Shown one piece after another: positions 8,507-18,186 of a DNA stretch of 64,000 nt. The position numbers were made by a program, and so were the translations under genes. This stretch comes from an uncultured Planctomycetaceae bacterium. Lineage in GTDB: Bacteria; Planctomycetota; Planctomycetia; Pirellulales; PALSA-1355. Where the stretch lies: positions 6,121,797 through 6,185,796 of the forward strand of contig OY970273.1 in NCBI GenBank assembly GCA_963715755.1, read 5' to 3'. The notes under the pieces are model-generated. The model saw only the letters and a list, made by a program, of their open reading frames with translations. It ran no database searches and was not told where the DNA came from. The number at the start of each line of letters is the position of its first letter. Within the stretch, counting starts at the first letter, position 1.

Positions 8507-9853
8507 CTAGACCGTCAGGGTGCGGCGGACGACGGACAAAATCGGCGGCACGACAGGCGCCGGGAATTTGCCGTCATGGAGGAAAGTGCGGTTGCGGCCG
8601 TAGCGCTTGGCCTCTTGCAGCGTGGCTTCGGCACGCTCCAGCAGGGTCGGCAGCGTGTCCTCGGCGCCGGATTCGGCCACCGAGCAGCTCACGGTCACGG
8701 CGACGCTGCCGCCCGTGCACTCGAACCGCGTGGCCTCGACCTGCTGGCGGATCCGCTCCAGGTTGTTCGTGGCCTCGCGGGCCGACACGTTCGGAAGCAT
8801 CAGCAGAAACTGCTGCGCGCTCATGCGGACGGCGCGCTGGTCGCCCTGCACCACGCTGCCGATCAGCTGAGCCACGGATTCCAATACCCGATCCCCCACC
8901 ACCAGGCCGTGGGTTTCGTTCAGATCGCGGAAGCGGTCGAGATCGACCATTCCCACCGAGAGGGACAGCTGGCGGTCGGGATCGTGCTCCCACCAGCGGG
9001 CAACGGCCGCTTCCAGCTGCGCCCGGCTGAGCAGGTTGCACACCGGATCGGCCGGCGGATCGCTGGGCTCGTGGGCCAGGTTGCCCTGCCGTTCCAGCTG
9101 CAGTTCGACGTCTTCGAGCGTCTCGCGCATGGCGTGGTTGGCGTCCACGAGCGACGAGGTTTCAGCGATCAGCTGCTGGCAGCTCTTGAGCAGGTCTGTT
9201 TCCAGTTCGACCGCTTTGAGGTTTTCGTTGCTCGTTTTGACGCGTTCGGCCTGCAGATCGAGGGCCGCATCGAGCTGGCCTTTGATCGGTTCGAGCTCCG
9301 GCGTGTTGCAGCGGCTCTGGAACCGGCCCGAGGCGTCGGTCTGCTGTTCGAGGTATTGGTCGTTCGCCGTGCGCAAGTTGGACAGGCAATCCTTGATCGC
9401 CAGGGCGTCCTGCTGCTCGGCGCCGGTCCGCATCTGCTTGTCCAAGTTCGAAAGCTGGTCGCGATAGCGCATCAGCTCAGCCTTGAATTCGGCGATCGAG
9501 GCGCTGACGGCCTGTGTCGGAGCGGCCGCTTCCTCCGCGGTTGCGGCCGGCGGCTCGGGCGCGGCGACTTCCGGGGTGGCCGAGAGTTCTACCGGCGGCG
9601 TCTCCGGCGCGACCGGCGCCGCTGCCGGCGCAAGCGGCGCCGTTGTAATCGGTGCAGCTGTAATCGGCGCGGCTGTAATCGGCGCAGCTGTGGTCGGGGC
9701 CGCTATGATCGGGGCCGGGGGCGCCGCGAATTCAGGCCCGGGCTCGAGCGACAGGCGCTCGTACGAATCGCCGAAGTTTTGCGAGATGTAGAAACCCAGC
9801 GCAAAGCCCAGCGCGAGATTCAGCCCGGCGACAACCAGGAAGAAAATAGCCAC
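8507..9853 (-). CDS. membrane-anchored coiled-coil protein with a degenerate GGDEF domain (SAQQF replaces GGDEF)
   Basis: 448-aa ORF with a GTG start. It has an N-terminal TM helix (MAIFFLVVAGLNLALGFALGFYI), an (A-P-I-T-A)n repeat and a coiled coil. The GGDEF-fold region then reads VDLDRFRDLNETHGLVVGDRVL...AVRMSAQQFLLML...AEATLQEAKRYGRNR. The signature GG[DE]EF is replaced, and no RxxD I-site lies upstream of it. The stop is 3 nt from the start of the PilZ gene. Confidence 0.8.
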   Translation of the reverse strand: MAIFFLVVAGLNLALGFALGFYISQNFGDSYERLSLEPGPEFAAPPAPIIAAPTTAAPITAAPITAAPITTAPLAPAAAPVAPETPPVELSATPEVAAPEPPAATAEEAAAPTQAVSASIAEFKAELMRYRDQLSNLDKQMRTGAEQQDALAIKDCLSNLRTANDQYLEQQTDASGRFQSRCNTPELEPIKGQLDAALDLQAERVKTSNENLKAVELETDLLKSCQQLIAETSSLVDANHAMRETLEDVELQLERQGNLAHEPSDPPADPVCNLLSRAQLEAAVARWWEHDPDRQLSLSVGMVDLDRFRDLNETHGLVVGDRVLESVAQLIGSVVQGDQRAVRMSAQQFLLMLPNVSAREATNNLERIRQQVEATRFECTGGSVAVTVSCSVAESGAEDTLPTLLERAEATLQEAKRYGRNRTFLHDGKFPAPVVPPILSVVRRTLTV

Positions 9854-10271
9854 GAGTCACCCGCCGCCTGCAAATCAGAATGTGGGAAGCCGTACCAAAG
9901 AATAGGCCACGGGGCCCCGCAGGCGCGCTGCCTGCCCGGATCTGGCCTGCCCGGCGTGCGGCTTATGTGGTTTATGCCGGGAGAAAGCCAGAATTGCCCC
10001 CAGTGCGGGGGCCGCGGGCCGAGGGCATCAGGCTGGGCCCTGCGACCGAACCTTACGGCGGGGCATTTCGGCGGGGTCCGGCGACGGTCGGTGCAGGGGC
10101 GGATCCTGCAGCGGCGGAGTGCAGATCGGGGGCCGTCGGCGGATCCTGGCCCTGATTGCCGCATCCAAGCGCGCGGCGGAGGCGCGTGCCCGGGCCGGGT
10201 TGGGTCAGTTCGTCAGGCCGCGCCAAACAGTGGCGGAACCGGCGCCCTGAGGGCTAGCACCGTTTCGAGAC

Positions 10272-11708
10272 TTATTTGGCCACCGGTGCGCCGGTGTTGG
10301 CGGGCTGCGGGGCGCTGCGCCGCGAGACGTCGAGCGAGGTCAAGTGCCGCGCGCCTTGATTGCCTTGTTCGGCCGAGAGCCGCTCCATGAAAGCCGGGCT
10401 GGCCCGGTCGAGCACGATGATCTCGCTCTTGGCCTGCGGATCGGTGAGCGACCGCACGATGCAAATCACCTCGGCCCCTTGTACTTTGCTGCCTAGTGCG
10501 GCCAGCGTGGCCGTCTCGGCCGGAGTGAGTTGCTTCAAGGCGCCGCCTGCCGGCTGCGCGCCGCCGGCCGCCGGCCCGGCAGCTGCCAGTCCCTTCTCGG
10601 CTCCGGCCGTTTGATACAGGGCCGTCAGGCCGGCCCGATCGAGTTCTTCCTGAATCGTGGCGGCGGCGGCGAACAGGCCCTCGTTATCGGCCGGGTCGGC
10701 CGCGTTGCATACACCCACGACGTTGCCTTGCATGTCGAACAGTCCGCCGCCGCTGCGCCCCTGGACCGGCAATCCGGCGACTTGCACGTTGGCCGGCCCG
10801 AGAAATTTGTTCAGGCCGTTGACTTTGCTTTCCCGCACCGAAGCGTCGGCCCCGTGGTCGAAGCCCACGCTGATCACCTTATCGCCGGCCGCCAGCCGAT
10901 TGCCGGCCGGCGCCACGTGCGCCACGCTGACCGGGGCTCCCGGGCGAATGCTGATCAGGCCCACGTCGCGCTTGATGTCGTAGCTGATCAGCCGGCCGGG
11001 GACCTTCTGGGCGGGATTGGGTCCGAAGACGTCGACGAAGATCTTGCCCTTGCCCTGCGAGTCGCGAAAGATGTGGCCGCACGTCAGCACGAGGGCCTCG
11101 CCCTGGCGCGAATCGATGATCGTGCCCGAGCCGTGCGATTCTCCGTCCCGATCGACGATCGTCAACCGCACGCTGGCGGCCAGCAGTTGGGCGGCCGACA
11201 GGCCGGTGCCGGGAGCGGCTGAATTGGCGGCGGGAAACGCTGAATTAACGGCGGGCAATCCGGCGGCCTGGCTGCCGGGCGTGGCCGGGGACTGGGGCGG
11301 GCTCAGGTTGCAGGCGGGCCAGCCGCCGTTGGGCATGGCGCCGGCCGAGGGCAGGGGGGGATCGGGGGATTGCGTGCGGGGCCCCTTGGCTTGGGTTTGT
11401 TCGAGCCGGGCCTTGGCAAACATGGCTTGCAGTTCGCCCGCGCCGCTCGCCCCGACCAGGCGGTCGACTTCCTTGCCGTCGACCAAGAGGACGTAGCAGG
11501 GAATGCTCGACACGTGATAGCGCGCGGCCAGTTCGCGTTCGCGATCGACGTTTACTTTGCGGATCGGATAGCCGGCCCCGATGAGCTGGCTGACGGCCGG
11601 CTCCATGTTGCGGCAGGGGCCGCACCAGTCGGCGTGAAAGTCCAATAGCACGGTCTCGCTGCCGCCCGATGCGGCCAAGAGCAGGGCCGCCACTTGAAAC
11701 GAGAACAT
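10272..11708 (-). CDS. secreted thioredoxin-domain / trypsin-like (S1) serine protease fusion protein
   Basis: 478-aa ORF. A signal-like N-terminus is followed by a thioredoxin fold (LLDFHADWCGPCRNM...IPCYVLLVDGKEV) and a Pro/Ala linker. A chymotrypsin-fold domain follows, with candidate triad residues in TCGHIF, KRDVGLISI and GRSGGGLF. About 110 aa of uncharacterised C-terminus remain. Confidence 0.8.
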   Translation of the reverse strand: MFSFQVAALLLAASGGSETVLLDFHADWCGPCRNMEPAVSQLIGAGYPIRKVNVDRERELAARYHVSSIPCYVLLVDGKEVDRLVGASGAGELQAMFAKARLEQTQAKGPRTQSPDPPLPSAGAMPNGGWPACNLSPPQSPATPGSQAAGLPAVNSAFPAANSAAPGTGLSAAQLLAASVRLTIVDRDGESHGSGTIIDSRQGEALVLTCGHIFRDSQGKGKIFVDVFGPNPAQKVPGRLISYDIKRDVGLISIRPGAPVSVAHVAPAGNRLAAGDKVISVGFDHGADASVRESKVNGLNKFLGPANVQVAGLPVQGRSGGGLFDMQGNVVGVCNAADPADNEGLFAAAATIQEELDRAGLTALYQTAGAEKGLAAAGPAAGGAQPAGGALKQLTPAETATLAALGSKVQGAEVICIVRSLTDPQAKSEIIVLDRASPAFMERLSAEQGNQGARHLTSLDVSRRSAPQPANTGAPVAK

Positions 11709-12202
11709 GGATCCCTCCTTGAGTTTCTCCCGTTCGGCCGATCATGACCGATCGTTCGATCGCCCGAATCGAAGGGGCGTCAGCGGCGAGAAGCGGGACT
11801 TGCCGCGAGGATCCGACCGGCCGGGGCGCAGTTCGACGCGCGGCTTCGAGTCGGTCACGCGAGCCCGGCAACTTCCCTGTTGCCCAAGCGATGCGGAGGA
11901 TAGCGAGCAAGTCGCTCACCGTTTCAGGCTTCCTGCCTGGCTGCGGACAGTGCCGCAAAGGTGAGCGACGGCGGGATTAGGTGTCCTTACCTTTCTGGGG
12001 TCAAAGCGGCGACATGATTGCCACTTTGGCCAAAATTTACAATCGCAATATTCACCGCCCGCCGGGCATCCGGCCCGTTCGGGCGCTGCAAACTGCCCGC
12101 TTCAAACCGCTTAATGCGGCTAGCACGCGACGGGGCTTTCGAGTTTGCTGGCATGGGGAACCCTCGTAGTGCAGCTTACGTGCCAAATGGCCGCGACGGG
12201 CT

Positions 12203-12232
12203 CTGACGCCCGCGCCCAAGCTTGGATACAAT
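12203..12232 (+). promoter_or_regulatory. candidate sigma70-type promoter for metG (CTGACG-N18-TACAAT)
   Basis: CTGACG lies at 12203-12208 and TACAAT at 12227-12232, about 44 nt upstream of the metG ATG. This is motif inspection only. Confidence 0.25.
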
Positions 12233-12275
12233 GCCCCTTTTCGCCAGCAGCATCCAGCGCGAGCCGAACCCCAGC

Positions 12276-14357
12276 ATGACCCGGAGGATCCTCGTCACCG
12301 CCGCGTTGCCGTACGCCAACGGGCATATCCACATCGGCCACCTGGTCGAGTATCTGCAAACCGACATCTGGGTCCGGTTTCAGAAGCTGCGCGGCGAGCG
12401 AGCCATCTACCTGTGCGCCGACGACACCCACGGCACGGCGATCATGATCCGGGCCCGGCAGGAGGGGCGCAGCGAATCGGCCCTGATCGCCGACATGCGC
12501 AAGGCGCATTTGGCCGACTTCACGGGCTTCGACATCGAGTTCGACAACTACGGCAGCACCAACAGCCCCGAGAATCGCCAGCTCTGCGGCGAGGTCTGGT
12601 CCGCGCTGCGCAAGGCCGGGCTGATCGTCGAGCGCGACGTGACGCAGCTTTACGATCCGGTTGCCGGCACGTTCCTGGCCGATCGCTTTGTCAAGGGAAC
12701 GTGCCCCAAGTGCAAATCGCCAAATCAATACGGCGATAGCTGTGATAAGTGCAATTCGACCTACAACGCAACCGATCTGATCGATCCGATCAGCACGCTC
12801 TCGGGAGCCAAGCCCGAGCTGCGCAGCTCGCCCCATCTGTTCATCACGATCGAGCAACTGCACGATTTCTTGAACGAGTGGACGCAGACCGGCGACCATG
12901 TCGAAGCCGACATGGCCAATTACCTGCGAACCAACTTTCTGGCCGAGCCCCTGCGCAATTGGGATGTCTCGCGCCCGGCGCCGTATTTCGGCTTCGAGAT
13001 TCCCGACAGCCCGGGCAATTATTGGTACGTCTGGTTCGACGCGCCGATCGGCTACATGGCCTCGACGCTCGAGTGGTGCCAGAGGCACGGCGAGAAGTTC
13101 GACGACTGGTGGCGCGGGGGGAACGCGGCCGGCGACGGCGTCGAGATCCACCATTTCATCGGCAAGGACATCACCTATTTCCACACGCTGTTCTGGCCGG
13201 CCATGCTCAAGGCAGCCGGGCTGCGCCTGCCGCGCAAGGTGCACATCCACGGCTTTCTCACCGTCGACGGCGAGAAGATGTCGAAAACCAAGGGCACGTT
13301 CGTCCGCGCGGCGACGTACTTGAAACATTTGAACCCGGCGTATCTGCGTTACTACTACGCCTCGAAACTCACGCCGGGTGTCGACAACCTGGACTTGAAC
13401 CGCGACGAACTGGTCCACAAGGTCAACTCCGACCTGGTGGGCAAAGTCGTGAACCTGGCCAGCCGCTCGGCAAAGTTCGTCCGCGCGACCGGGCTGGCCA
13501 AGACGTATCCCGACGACGGCGGATTGTTCGCCGCCGCGGCCGCCGCGGGCGAGGAGATTGCCGCCGCGTACGAGGCCTGCGATTACAACCGGGCCATGCG
13601 CACGATCATGGCCCTGGCCGATCGGGCGAACCAGTATGTCGACGCCCAGGCGCCTTGGACATTGGGCAAACAGCCGGACCGCGCGTTCGAGCTGCAAGCC
13701 GTCTGCACCGTGGTGCTGAACTTGTTCCGGCAGTTGGTTGTCTATTTGTCGCCCGTGCTGCCGAGTCTGCGCAAGCAGACCGACGAGCTGCTGGGCACGC
13801 CGATCCGGCATTGGGACGACGCCCAGCGACCGCTGGTCGGCACGCCGGTGGCCGCGTTTACGCACATGATGAAACGGGTGGAGGCCGCCCAGGTCGAAGC
13901 CATGATCCAAGACAGTCGAGAGGAGGCTCCCGTGAGCGACGCGAATTCCCCCACCCCGGCCGCAACCCCCGCGGCATCTCCCGCAATCGACGGGCCCGAG
14001 CCGCTGGCGGCCGAGCCGCTGGTCGTCGAGCGGATTTCGATCGACGACTTTACCAAGGTCGATCTGCGCGTGGCCCGGGTCGTGGCGGCCGAAGAAGTGC
14101 CCAAGGCCAAGAAGCTGGTCAAGCTCACGCTGGGCTTGGGCGGCGACGAGCGGCGGCAAGTGTTCGCCGGCATCAAGAGCGCTTACGATCCGGCGCAGCT
14201 GGTCGGGCGGCTGGTCATTGTGGTGGCCAATCTCGAGCCGCGGCAGATGACGTTCGGCCTGAGCGAAGGCATGGTCGTAGCCGCGGGCGGCGGCGGCACC
14301 GAGATCTATCTGCTCAGCCCCGACTCGGGCGCCAAGCCCGGCCAGCGGGTGCATTGA
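12276..14357 (+). CDS. metG: methionine--tRNA ligase with C-terminal tRNA-binding (EMAP/Trbp111-like) domain
   Basis: Taken from ORF 12222..14357. I place the start at ATG 12276 ([23 protein letters not shown]), which contains the HIGH motif. The zinc knuckles (CPKCKS...GDSCDKC) and KMSKT are present. The C-terminal part, ...[31 protein letters not shown], is the tRNA-binding domain. Confidence 0.97.
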   Translation: MTRRILVTAALPYANGHIHIGHLVEYLQTDIWVRFQKLRGERAIYLCADDTHGTAIMIRARQEGRSESALIADMRKAHLADFTGFDIEFDNYGSTNSPENRQLCGEVWSALRKAGLIVERDVTQLYDPVAGTFLADRFVKGTCPKCKSPNQYGDSCDKCNSTYNATDLIDPISTLSGAKPELRSSPHLFITIEQLHDFLNEWTQTGDHVEADMANYLRTNFLAEPLRNWDVSRPAPYFGFEIPDSPGNYWYVWFDAPIGYMASTLEWCQRHGEKFDDWWRGGNAAGDGVEIHHFIGKDITYFHTLFWPAMLKAAGLRLPRKVHIHGFLTVDGEKMSKTKGTFVRAATYLKHLNPAYLRYYYASKLTPGVDNLDLNRDELVHKVNSDLVGKVVNLASRSAKFVRATGLAKTYPDDGGLFAAAAAAGEEIAAAYEACDYNRAMRTIMALADRANQYVDAQAPWTLGKQPDRAFELQAVCTVVLNLFRQLVVYLSPVLPSLRKQTDELLGTPIRHWDDAQRPLVGTPVAAFTHMMKRVEAAQVEAMIQDSREEAPVSDANSPTPAATPAASPAIDGPEPLAAEPLVVERISIDDFTKVDLRVARVVAAEEVPKAKKLVKLTLGLGGDERRQVFAGIKSAYDPAQLVGRLVIVVANLEPRQMTFGLSEGMVVAAGGGGTEIYLLSPDSGAKPGQRVH

Positions 14358-14623
14358 GCGCGGTCGAGGCGCCGGGCCCCTGGTATGCCCGGCAGCCGGC
14401 ATTTTCTTGCGCCGCGGGCGTCGCTCGGCCCCGGGGCTCGCGCTTGGGGGCGGAAGTTCGGCCGGGGTTCCCCGGTGCATCGGGCAGCGAACGTACCGAT
14501 TTTTCCGGGAGAATTCGTGCGGGATGGCCGTCCTCGGTCCGCCGATCTCAGCCCCGTGCGCAGGGGCGCCCTAGATTCCAATAGCGAAAAAAGGGCGGCC
14601 AAACCGAGAGCGCGAGGGGAAAG

Positions 14624-14905
14624 ATGGTCCAGACGGCTCGTAGTTGTCCGAAGTGCGGACAGCTGTTTTCCGAACAGCCCGTCAAGTGCGAGCACTGCGG
14701 GCATCGCTTCCGCCGCTTTGCCGATCGCGGCAGACTGTCCGACCTGGTGCCGGTCTTCCGCCTGCTCCCCTACCGGCTGCGCCAGGCGATCATGCTGTTC
14801 GCCGCGTTCTTGCTGTTTGCCTATGCGATCGATCTGGTCACGCGGCTGGACGAATTGCACACCTTCATGAACCGGCGCGGCCTGCCGCGCTGGGCCCGGC
14901 GCTAA
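14624..14905 (+). CDS. small zinc-ribbon membrane protein, hypothetical
   Basis: 93-aa ORF. It has CPKCG...CEHCG (two CxxC pairs) followed by a hydrophobic helix (AIMLFAAFLLFAYAIDLV). A GGGGAA-type RBS lies just upstream. Confidence 0.5.
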   Translation: MVQTARSCPKCGQLFSEQPVKCEHCGHRFRRFADRGRLSDLVPVFRLLPYRLRQAIMLFAAFLLFAYAIDLVTRLDELHTFMNRRGLPRWARR

Positions 14906-14923
14906 CGCGCCGCGAGGCCGATC

Positions 14924-16018
14924 CTAGCGGAACGGGCTCCACGAGGGCCGATTCGACGCCGAGTCCTTCCGCTTCTTGCGCGAGGCCGAGCGGCTGTCCC
15001 CGTCGGAGCTGTCGGGCGAGTCGTCGTCGCCGTCCGGCCGGGCGCCGGAAAGAGAGCTCGATTCGCTCTCAGGCACGATCTGAGGCGGATCGAGGAATTT
15101 GGCCGTGGGCGGCGCGGCCGATTCGTAGGGCGGCGCCACGCCGCGCTCGGCGCCCAGCGAGCGGCGCGAACCGGACGGCACGCTGCGCCAGCGCTTCGCC
15201 TCGCGGTCGGACGGCGGTGAGATGTCGAGCGGCATGTCGGCGATCAGCTTGCGGCCGTCGGGCGTGGCGTAGCGGACAAACAGCTGCAGCTTGCGATGCG
15301 TGGGCGGTTCGCCGGGCCAGGCGAGCTCGATGTGGTAGCCCCGGCCGAGGGCCGTCTTGCCGAAGAACTGCCGGGCCTCGTCGGCGCGAAAATCCCAACG
15401 GGCGATCCGGGCCTGCGGGCCCTGCAGCTGGGCATCGAGCACGGCGATCGAAATCTCGCCCGGCACGTCGAGCAACTGGCCGGCTTTGTTTCGCGGCTCG
15501 AACACCACCAGGATGCCCTTGTCGCCGCCGCGTCCGGTGTGATTTACGCCGCCGGTGAGCTGCTTGTTGAGCACAATGCGGTGGACGAAATGATCGGTGA
15601 CGCGCTGGGAGTGTCCCGCGCCCGAGGCCGACGTGCCCGGATCGAATTCTTCGCCCGGATCGATTTCGACCCCCGGTTCGATCATCGGGCCCGCAGGGCT
15701 CGACGGCGCGCTGCGGCGGCTGGGCGCGGAACGGCTGGGGCTCGAGGGGCTGCCAGGCAGGTCGATGATCGGGGCCGAGGGCGAATCCAGGGCGCCGCGG
15801 TCGCCGGTGGCCAGTTGTTTCTTCAGGGCCGCATTCTCGTTCTGCACGCTCTCCAGCTGGCATTCAAAATCGTCCAGCTCGTCTTCCAGGGCGTAGATCT
15901 GGTCCTCTTGCAGCCGCAGCTCGCGTTCCAGCAGTTGCTGGTTGGAGTTGTTATTGCTGCGACAGCCCGTCAGCCAGATACCCGCCAATGCAAGCAGGGC
16001 GATGCGATGCGGTTTCAT
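14924..16018 (-). CDS. lipoprotein with N-terminal coiled coil, hypothetical
   Basis: Taken from ORF 14924..16150. I place the start at ATG 16018 (MKPHRIALLALAGIWLTGC), which contains a lipobox. The protein then has a coiled coil (LLERELRLQEDQIYALEDELDDFECQLESVQNENAALKKQL), a Ser/Pro linker and a globular C-terminal half. Confidence 0.65.
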   Translation of the reverse strand: MKPHRIALLALAGIWLTGCRSNNNSNQQLLERELRLQEDQIYALEDELDDFECQLESVQNENAALKKQLATGDRGALDSPSAPIIDLPGSPSSPSRSAPSRRSAPSSPAGPMIEPGVEIDPGEEFDPGTSASGAGHSQRVTDHFVHRIVLNKQLTGGVNHTGRGGDKGILVVFEPRNKAGQLLDVPGEISIAVLDAQLQGPQARIARWDFRADEARQFFGKTALGRGYHIELAWPGEPPTHRKLQLFVRYATPDGRKLIADMPLDISPPSDREAKRWRSVPSGSRRSLGAERGVAPPYESAAPPTAKFLDPPQIVPESESSSLSGARPDGDDDSPDSSDGDSRSASRKKRKDSASNRPSWSPFR

Positions 16019-16492
16019 GTCAGCCTCATGCGACACGGGAACGTGCGTCTGCCGATCCTGGCAGGCGTCCGCCGCGCGGGCCATCCTGGCCGCGCCCGGC
16101 AGAGTGGTTGAGCTCTTATTTCGAGCGCTAAGCCCGAAAGCCAGCCGCATGAGGCCAGTTCGCCCGGAGGCCCGTCAGGGAGCCTCCCGAGAAACTCGAC
16201 CGCCACACGAATCCTTTCGTGCCGCGCCGTGTTCGATGTTCTTGATTCAAGTTCGCTGACGTCGCGGCGGCCTGATGCGGGAAGTGAGGCCGCCGGTTTG
16301 TTGTCGTTCTTGTTTGGCGGGCGCCGGATGGCACCCAGGCCAACAACCCTTTTCTCGATTCCGCGGACCGGCCCTCCTGGCCGACCGGATCGATTGTCGT
16401 CTAGTCGTTCGCTTCGCCTCGTGCTTCACGGCAGGGTCCCCACCGGCCGCTGCCGGTGGGCTTAACCAGGGCCGTCGTGCGCTGCGGCGAAA

Positions 16493-16560
16493 CCCTCCTC
16501 GTTCCCTACTCTCTACCCTCTACCCCCCACGCTCTACTCCCTAATTCCTACTCCCTTGCC
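16493..16560. repeat. C/T-rich tract (purine-rich on the clpP sense strand) directly after the clpP stop; contains a 16-mer shared with 32993-33008
   Basis: CTACTCTCTACCCTCT at 16506-16521 is identical to 32993-33008. Read on the minus strand, the tract is GGGAGTAG / GGTAGAGGGTAGAGAGTAGGGAAC repeats. Confidence 0.7.
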
Positions 16561-16570
16561 TCGGCCCAGT

Positions 16571-17185
16571 TCATTCCTTCGGGGCGGGGGTGCCGGGCTT
16601 GGTTTCCATGTGTTCGATCACCTGGTCGATGAGCTTGTAGTGCATGGCCTCTTCGGCCGACATGAAGCGATCGCGGTCGGTGTCGCGCTCGACTTGTTCG
16701 AGCGGGTGCCCGGTGTGCTTGATCAGGATGTGATTCAGCTTCTGCTTGACCTTCTTGAATTCCTTGACGTGGATCATGATGTCTTCGGCCGTGCCTTCCA
16801 TGCCGGCGAGCGGCTGATGGATCATGATTCGGGCGTTGGGCAGGGCATTGCGCTTTCCCTTGGCGCCGGCGGTCAGCAGCACCGCGCCCATCGAGGCCGC
16901 CTGGCCGATGCAGTATGTGGCCACGTCGCAGGTGACGAACTGCATGGTGTCGTAAATCGCCAGTCCGGCGCTGACGCTGCCGCCCGGCGAGTTGATGTAC
17001 AGGTGGATGTCGGCCTTGGGATCGTCCGACTGCAGAAACAGCATCTGGGCCACGATCGAGTTGGCCACTTCGTCGTTGACACCCGAGCCGAGAAAGATGA
17101 TGCGATCTTTCAAGAGCCGGCTGTAGATGTCCATCGCCCGCTCTTCGCGGCCGCTCTTTTCGATCACGTAGGGAATCAGTGGCAT
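16571..17185 (-). CDS. clpP: ATP-dependent Clp protease proteolytic subunit
   Basis: Taken from ORF 16571..17290. I place the start at ATG 17185 ([33 protein letters not shown]). The Ser-His-Asp context is [16 protein letters not shown] and DRDRFMS. Confidence 0.95.
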   Translation of the reverse strand: MPLIPYVIEKSGREERAMDIYSRLLKDRIIFLGSGVNDEVANSIVAQMLFLQSDDPKADIHLYINSPGGSVSAGLAIYDTMQFVTCDVATYCIGQAASMGAVLLTAGAKGKRNALPNARIMIHQPLAGMEGTAEDIMIHVKEFKKVKQKLNHILIKHTGHPLEQVERDTDRDRFMSAEEAMHYKLIDQVIEHMETKPGTPAPKE

Positions 17186-17317
17186 GGCTGGAAAACTCTC
17201 AGACAGGATGTGCTTTTCGTGCAATGGGCCCGATGGCGCTCCGCCAAGGCGGTGTTGCAATCCGCCAGGGGCGGTGTTGCAGTCCGCCAAGGCGGTGCCG
17301 CGCGGCGGTCCGCCGGC

Positions 17318-17920
17318 TCAGCTCTTTTCGTCTTCCTTTTCGGGATCGATCGGCGGCTTGGACAGGATATCGTCGACCACGCCGTAGGCCTTGGCTTCGT
17401 CGGCGTGCATGTAGTAGTCACGGTTGGTGTCTTTAGCGATCCGCTCCAAGGGCTGGCCGGTGTGCAGGGCCAGGATCTTGTTCAGGGTCTCGCGGGTCTT
17501 GAGGATTTCGTCGGCCTGGATCTCGATGTCCGAAACCTGGCCCCCCACCTGCCCGTAGGGCTGATGGATCATGACCTTGGCGTTGGGCAGGGCGAACCGC
17601 TTGCCCTTGGCTCCGCCGGCCAGCAACACGGCTCCGCCGCTGGCGGCCAGGCCCACGCAATAGGTGCAGACCGGGCAGCTCGAGATTTGCATCGTGTCGT
17701 AAATCGCCAAGGTGGCGCTGACGCTGCCGCCGGGAGAGTTGATGTAGAAGTGGATCGGCTTGCGGCGGTTTTCGCTCTGCAAGTAAAGCAACTTCATCAC
17801 CAGTTCGTTGGCGTTGCCGTCGTGGATCTCGCCTTGCAGCAAGATGATCCGGTTCTCCAGCAACAGGTCTCCCAGGGTCATCTGCCGCTGACGCTGGTAG
17901 TCGCGATAAGACATAAGCAA
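17318..17920 (-). CDS. clpP: ATP-dependent Clp protease proteolytic subunit, second paralog
   Basis: 200-aa ORF. It reads ...[13 protein letters not shown]...[19 protein letters not shown]...[14 protein letters not shown]...VMIHQP...DTNRDYYM. It lies in tandem with the other clpP, directly downstream of tig. No clpX follows within the window. Confidence 0.9.
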   Translation of the reverse strand: MLMSYRDYQRQRQMTLGDLLLENRIILLQGEIHDGNANELVMKLLYLQSENRRKPIHFYINSPGGSVSATLAIYDTMQISSCPVCTYCVGLAASGGAVLLAGGAKGKRFALPNAKVMIHQPYGQVGGQVSDIEIQADEILKTRETLNKILALHTGQPLERIAKDTNRDYYMHADEAKAYGVVDDILSKPPIDPEKEDEKS

Positions 17921-18114
17921 TTCTTTCCTCGCCGGCCCCTGGTCGAGGGCCGGGCCGTGTCGTCAAAGTTGTTCTGCCGGAATGTTTCGCCTGGATTATT
18001 CGACCGACTCGTTCGCTCTGAGGCGCCATTCGGCCGCCAGAAGTTCGAGTCCGGGTTCGGGCTGAATCGAGTTTTGCTTCAAGACAAGGAGCGGCCGACA
18101 GGATCCAGTTCACG

Positions 18115-18174
18115 CACCGCTGCCGGGCCCGCCGCTGCCCGGTCGGGCACTGCCGGTCCAGACACTGCCGGGCC
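18115..18174. repeat. 4 x 15-bp tandem repeat in the tig-clpP intergenic region
   Basis: The units are caccgctgccgggcc, cgccgctgcccggtc, gggcactgccggtcc and agacactgccgggcc, at 18115, 18130, 18145 and 18160. Confidence 0.8.
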
Positions 18175-18186
18175 AGGCGCCTCTAT

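Noticed and set aside
7280-10390. 1036-aa ORF on the + strand, one of the longest in the track
   Set aside because: It runs antisense to the GAF-PAS-PilZ and degenerate-GGDEF genes, both of which carry clear domain motifs. Its translation is Arg/Gly/Ala/Pro-rich with RRRR-type runs and no recognisable domain. This is the typical shadow ORF of a GC-rich genome.
12120-14480. 786-aa ORF on the - strand
   Set aside because: It is antisense to metG, which is unambiguous (HIGH, KMSKT, zinc knuckles).
16150-16570. A 420-bp gene-free gap between the lipoprotein gene and clpP, considered as a possible sRNA or hidden gene
   Set aside because: The small ORFs here (16229..16465, 16275..16544 and others) have junk translations. 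Apart from the C/T-rich tract reported separately, I see no structure or motif that I can defend.
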